Made by a program: the position numbers and the translations under genes. Of a DNA stretch of 43,488 bases, positions 42,569 to 43,488 are shown in pieces. Under the pieces are notes generated by a model. It was given only the letters and a program-made list of their open reading frames with translations, ran no database searches and had not been told where the DNA came from. The DNA is taken from IMG/VR virus record IMGVR_UViG_3300037422_000481. One strand, 5' to 3'. Each line of letters opens with the position of its first letter. Position 1 is the first letter of the stretch. The DNA comes from a virus.

Positions 42569-43482
42569 GCGCCCTCGGCCCGATCCCCGCGCACCTGGCC
42601 GCGTACCCCTGGTATGCGCCGCACCAGGCGTACCTGCTCTCGGTAAGCTCCGCTGCGTATGATCCAGGGGGGGCCACTCCGCAGCGGGCCGTGCTCGACC
42701 GTGCGAGTCTCGACGGTGCGAGTCTCGACGGTGCGATCCTCGACGGTGCGATCCTCGACGGTGCGAGTCTCGACGGTGCGAGTCTCGACGGTGCGAGTCT
42801 CGACCGTGCGAGTCTCGACGGTGCGATCCTCGACGGTGCGAGTCTCGACGGTGCGAGTCTCGACCGTGCGAGTCTCGACGGTGCGAGTCTCGTCGGTGCG
42901 AGTCTCGTCGGTGCGAGTCTCGACGGTGCGAGTCTCGACCGTGCGAGTCTCGTCGGTGCGAGTCTCGACCGTGCGAGTCTCGACGGTGCGATCCTCGACG
43001 GTGCGAGTCTCGACGGTGCGAGTCTCGACGGTGCGAGTCTCGACGGTGCGAGTCTCGACGGTGCGAGTCTCGTCGGTGCGAGTCTCGACGGTGCGATCCT
43101 CGACGGTGCGAGTCTCGACGGTGCGAGTCTCGACGGTGCGAGTCTCGACGGTGCGAGTCTCGTCGGTGCGATCCTCGACGGTGCGATCCTCGACGGTGCG
43201 AGTCTCGACCGTGCGACGATGCCCGACGGCCGCGTGTGGGAGGACTACCGCGCCGACCACTACGCCGGCATCTGCGACACGCCTGAGGTCCGCGCGCGCG
43301 CCGATGCCGCTTGGGACCGCCACACGTGGGAAGACTGCCCGTTGCGCGCGGCGTTGGGCCTCGATTCGGCGGCGGCTGCTGGGGACAAGGCGCTCCTCGT
43401 CGCTTGCTGGGTGGCCTGCTACGACGCGGACCTCCTGCCGGACCCGGTCGCGACCGCCAGCGGCGAGGAGGCGCAGCCGTGA
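42565..43482 (+). CDS. Pentapeptide-repeat protein 2, 305 aa. The core is 35 units, mostly ASLDG, and is strongly acidic.
   Basis: It has the same start/stop architecture as copy 1, exactly 914 bp downstream. The flanking N- and C-terminal segments are essentially identical at DNA level; I saw one difference (K versus E in HTW[K/E]DCP). The core is at 42688-43212. Confidence 0.85.
   Translation: MSALGPIPAHLAAYPWYAPHQAYLLSVSSAAYDPGGATPQRAVLDRASLDGASLDGAILDGAILDGASLDGASLDGASLDRASLDGAILDGASLDGASLDRASLDGASLVGASLVGASLDGASLDRASLVGASLDRASLDGAILDGASLDGASLDGASLDGASLDGASLVGASLDGAILDGASLDGASLDGASLDGASLVGAILDGAILDGASLDRATMPDGRVWEDYRADHYAGICDTPEVRARADAAWDRHTWEDCPLRAALGLDSAAAAGDKALLVACWVACYDADLLPDPVATASGEEAQP
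42688..43212 (+). repeat. Array of 35 x 15-nt units encoding the repeat core of protein 2.
   Basis: It has the same unit grammar as 41774-42298, but I saw no cgt in the second codon. Confidence 0.95.
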
Positions 43483-43488
43483 GCGCCC
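43362..43488. repeat. Terminal direct repeat, right copy. It implies a circular, circularly permuted or terminally redundant genome, or an assembler k-mer overlap.
   Basis: Identical to 1-127 and to 42448-42574. Confidence 0.95.

Larger units (their letters stand above)
41651..43478 (+). repeat. Tandem duplication, 2 x 914 bp (one pentapeptide-repeat gene per unit).
   Basis: Unit boundaries are marked by the 27-nt junction ggcgaggaggcgcagccgtgagcgccc at 41634-41660, 42548-42574 and 43462-43488 (equivalent to 101-127). Confidence 0.9.

Noticed and set aside
41774-43212. Possible CRISPR array or diversity-generating retroelement target.
   Set aside because: The units are contiguous 15-mers with no spacers, so this is not a CRISPR array. 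I see no reverse transcriptase and no template repeat in the window. The substitutions are not adenine-specific (they include G/C and GT to TC changes), so the DGR model is not supported.
41471-43323. Long ORFs overlapping the repeat arrays on the minus strand and in another plus frame (for example 41471..42409, 41541..42677 and 42505..43323 on the minus strand, and 41745..42662 on the plus strand). They translate to TRTVETRTDE..., SHRRDAHRRD... or VRVSTVRVSS....
   Set aside because: They are translation shadows of the 15-nt periodic DNA. Any frame of a perfect 15-nt repeat without stops stays open. Only the A-x-L-x-x frame has the RBS/GTGA coupling and non-repetitive flanking domains.
1-43488. 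Prophage features (integrase, att sites, CI-type repressor).
   Set aside because: No tyrosine or serine recombinase motifs were recognised in any ORF. The only terminal repeat is explained by circularisation inside the tandem cassette. It does not flank host-like DNA.

Overview
The window looks like an essentially complete genome (about 43.36 kb) of a very GC-rich tailed dsDNA phage, written out as a linearised circle: bases 1-127 are identical to 43362-43488. I call about 50 tightly packed genes. About 27 gene junctions are 4-nt (ATGA/GTGA) or 1-nt (TGATG/TAGTG) start-stop overlaps, and I used these to refine starts and to recover five micro-ORFs shorter than 60 aa that are absent from the ORF track.

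Most genes are on the minus strand, in a podovirus-like (T7-like) order from 41326 downward:
- terL, portal, scaffold and major capsid protein;
- an array of paralogous decoration-like proteins;
- two tail proteins;
- a run of internal-virion / ejection-type proteins, ending in a formal 2,399-codon ORF;
- a membrane protein plus lipoprotein pair;
- a recombination module (PD-(D/E)xK exonuclease, putative annealing protein, VRR-NUC);
- an orphan C5 DNA methyltransferase coupled to a signal-peptide beta-helix protein;
- large putative fibre/spike proteins and a terS-like gene.

Only two short blocks are on the plus strand, and both look like moron-type islands:
- 10198-12052 carries a GroES-like co-chaperonin and a sulfotransferase-like protein.
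- 41421-43482, continuing across the wrap to about 600, sits between terS and terL. It carries two tandem, near-identical-length pentapeptide-repeat proteins whose repeat cores differ only at surface positions.

Most interesting observations:
- The diversified pentapeptide-repeat cassette, and the fact that the contig ends inside it.
- The giant ORF carries HExxH, RelA/SpoT-like and ParB-like segments (a polyvalent-protein architecture) in the position of an ejected protein.
- An HNH-type gene sits out of frame inside that giant ORF, with a clear codon-position GC switch.
- One clearly coding N-terminal extension has only a CTG start.

I could not recognise an integrase, a CI-type repressor, a replicative polymerase, primase or helicase, any tRNA, or an endolysin. 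All family assignments are made by eye from motifs and have not been checked against databases.
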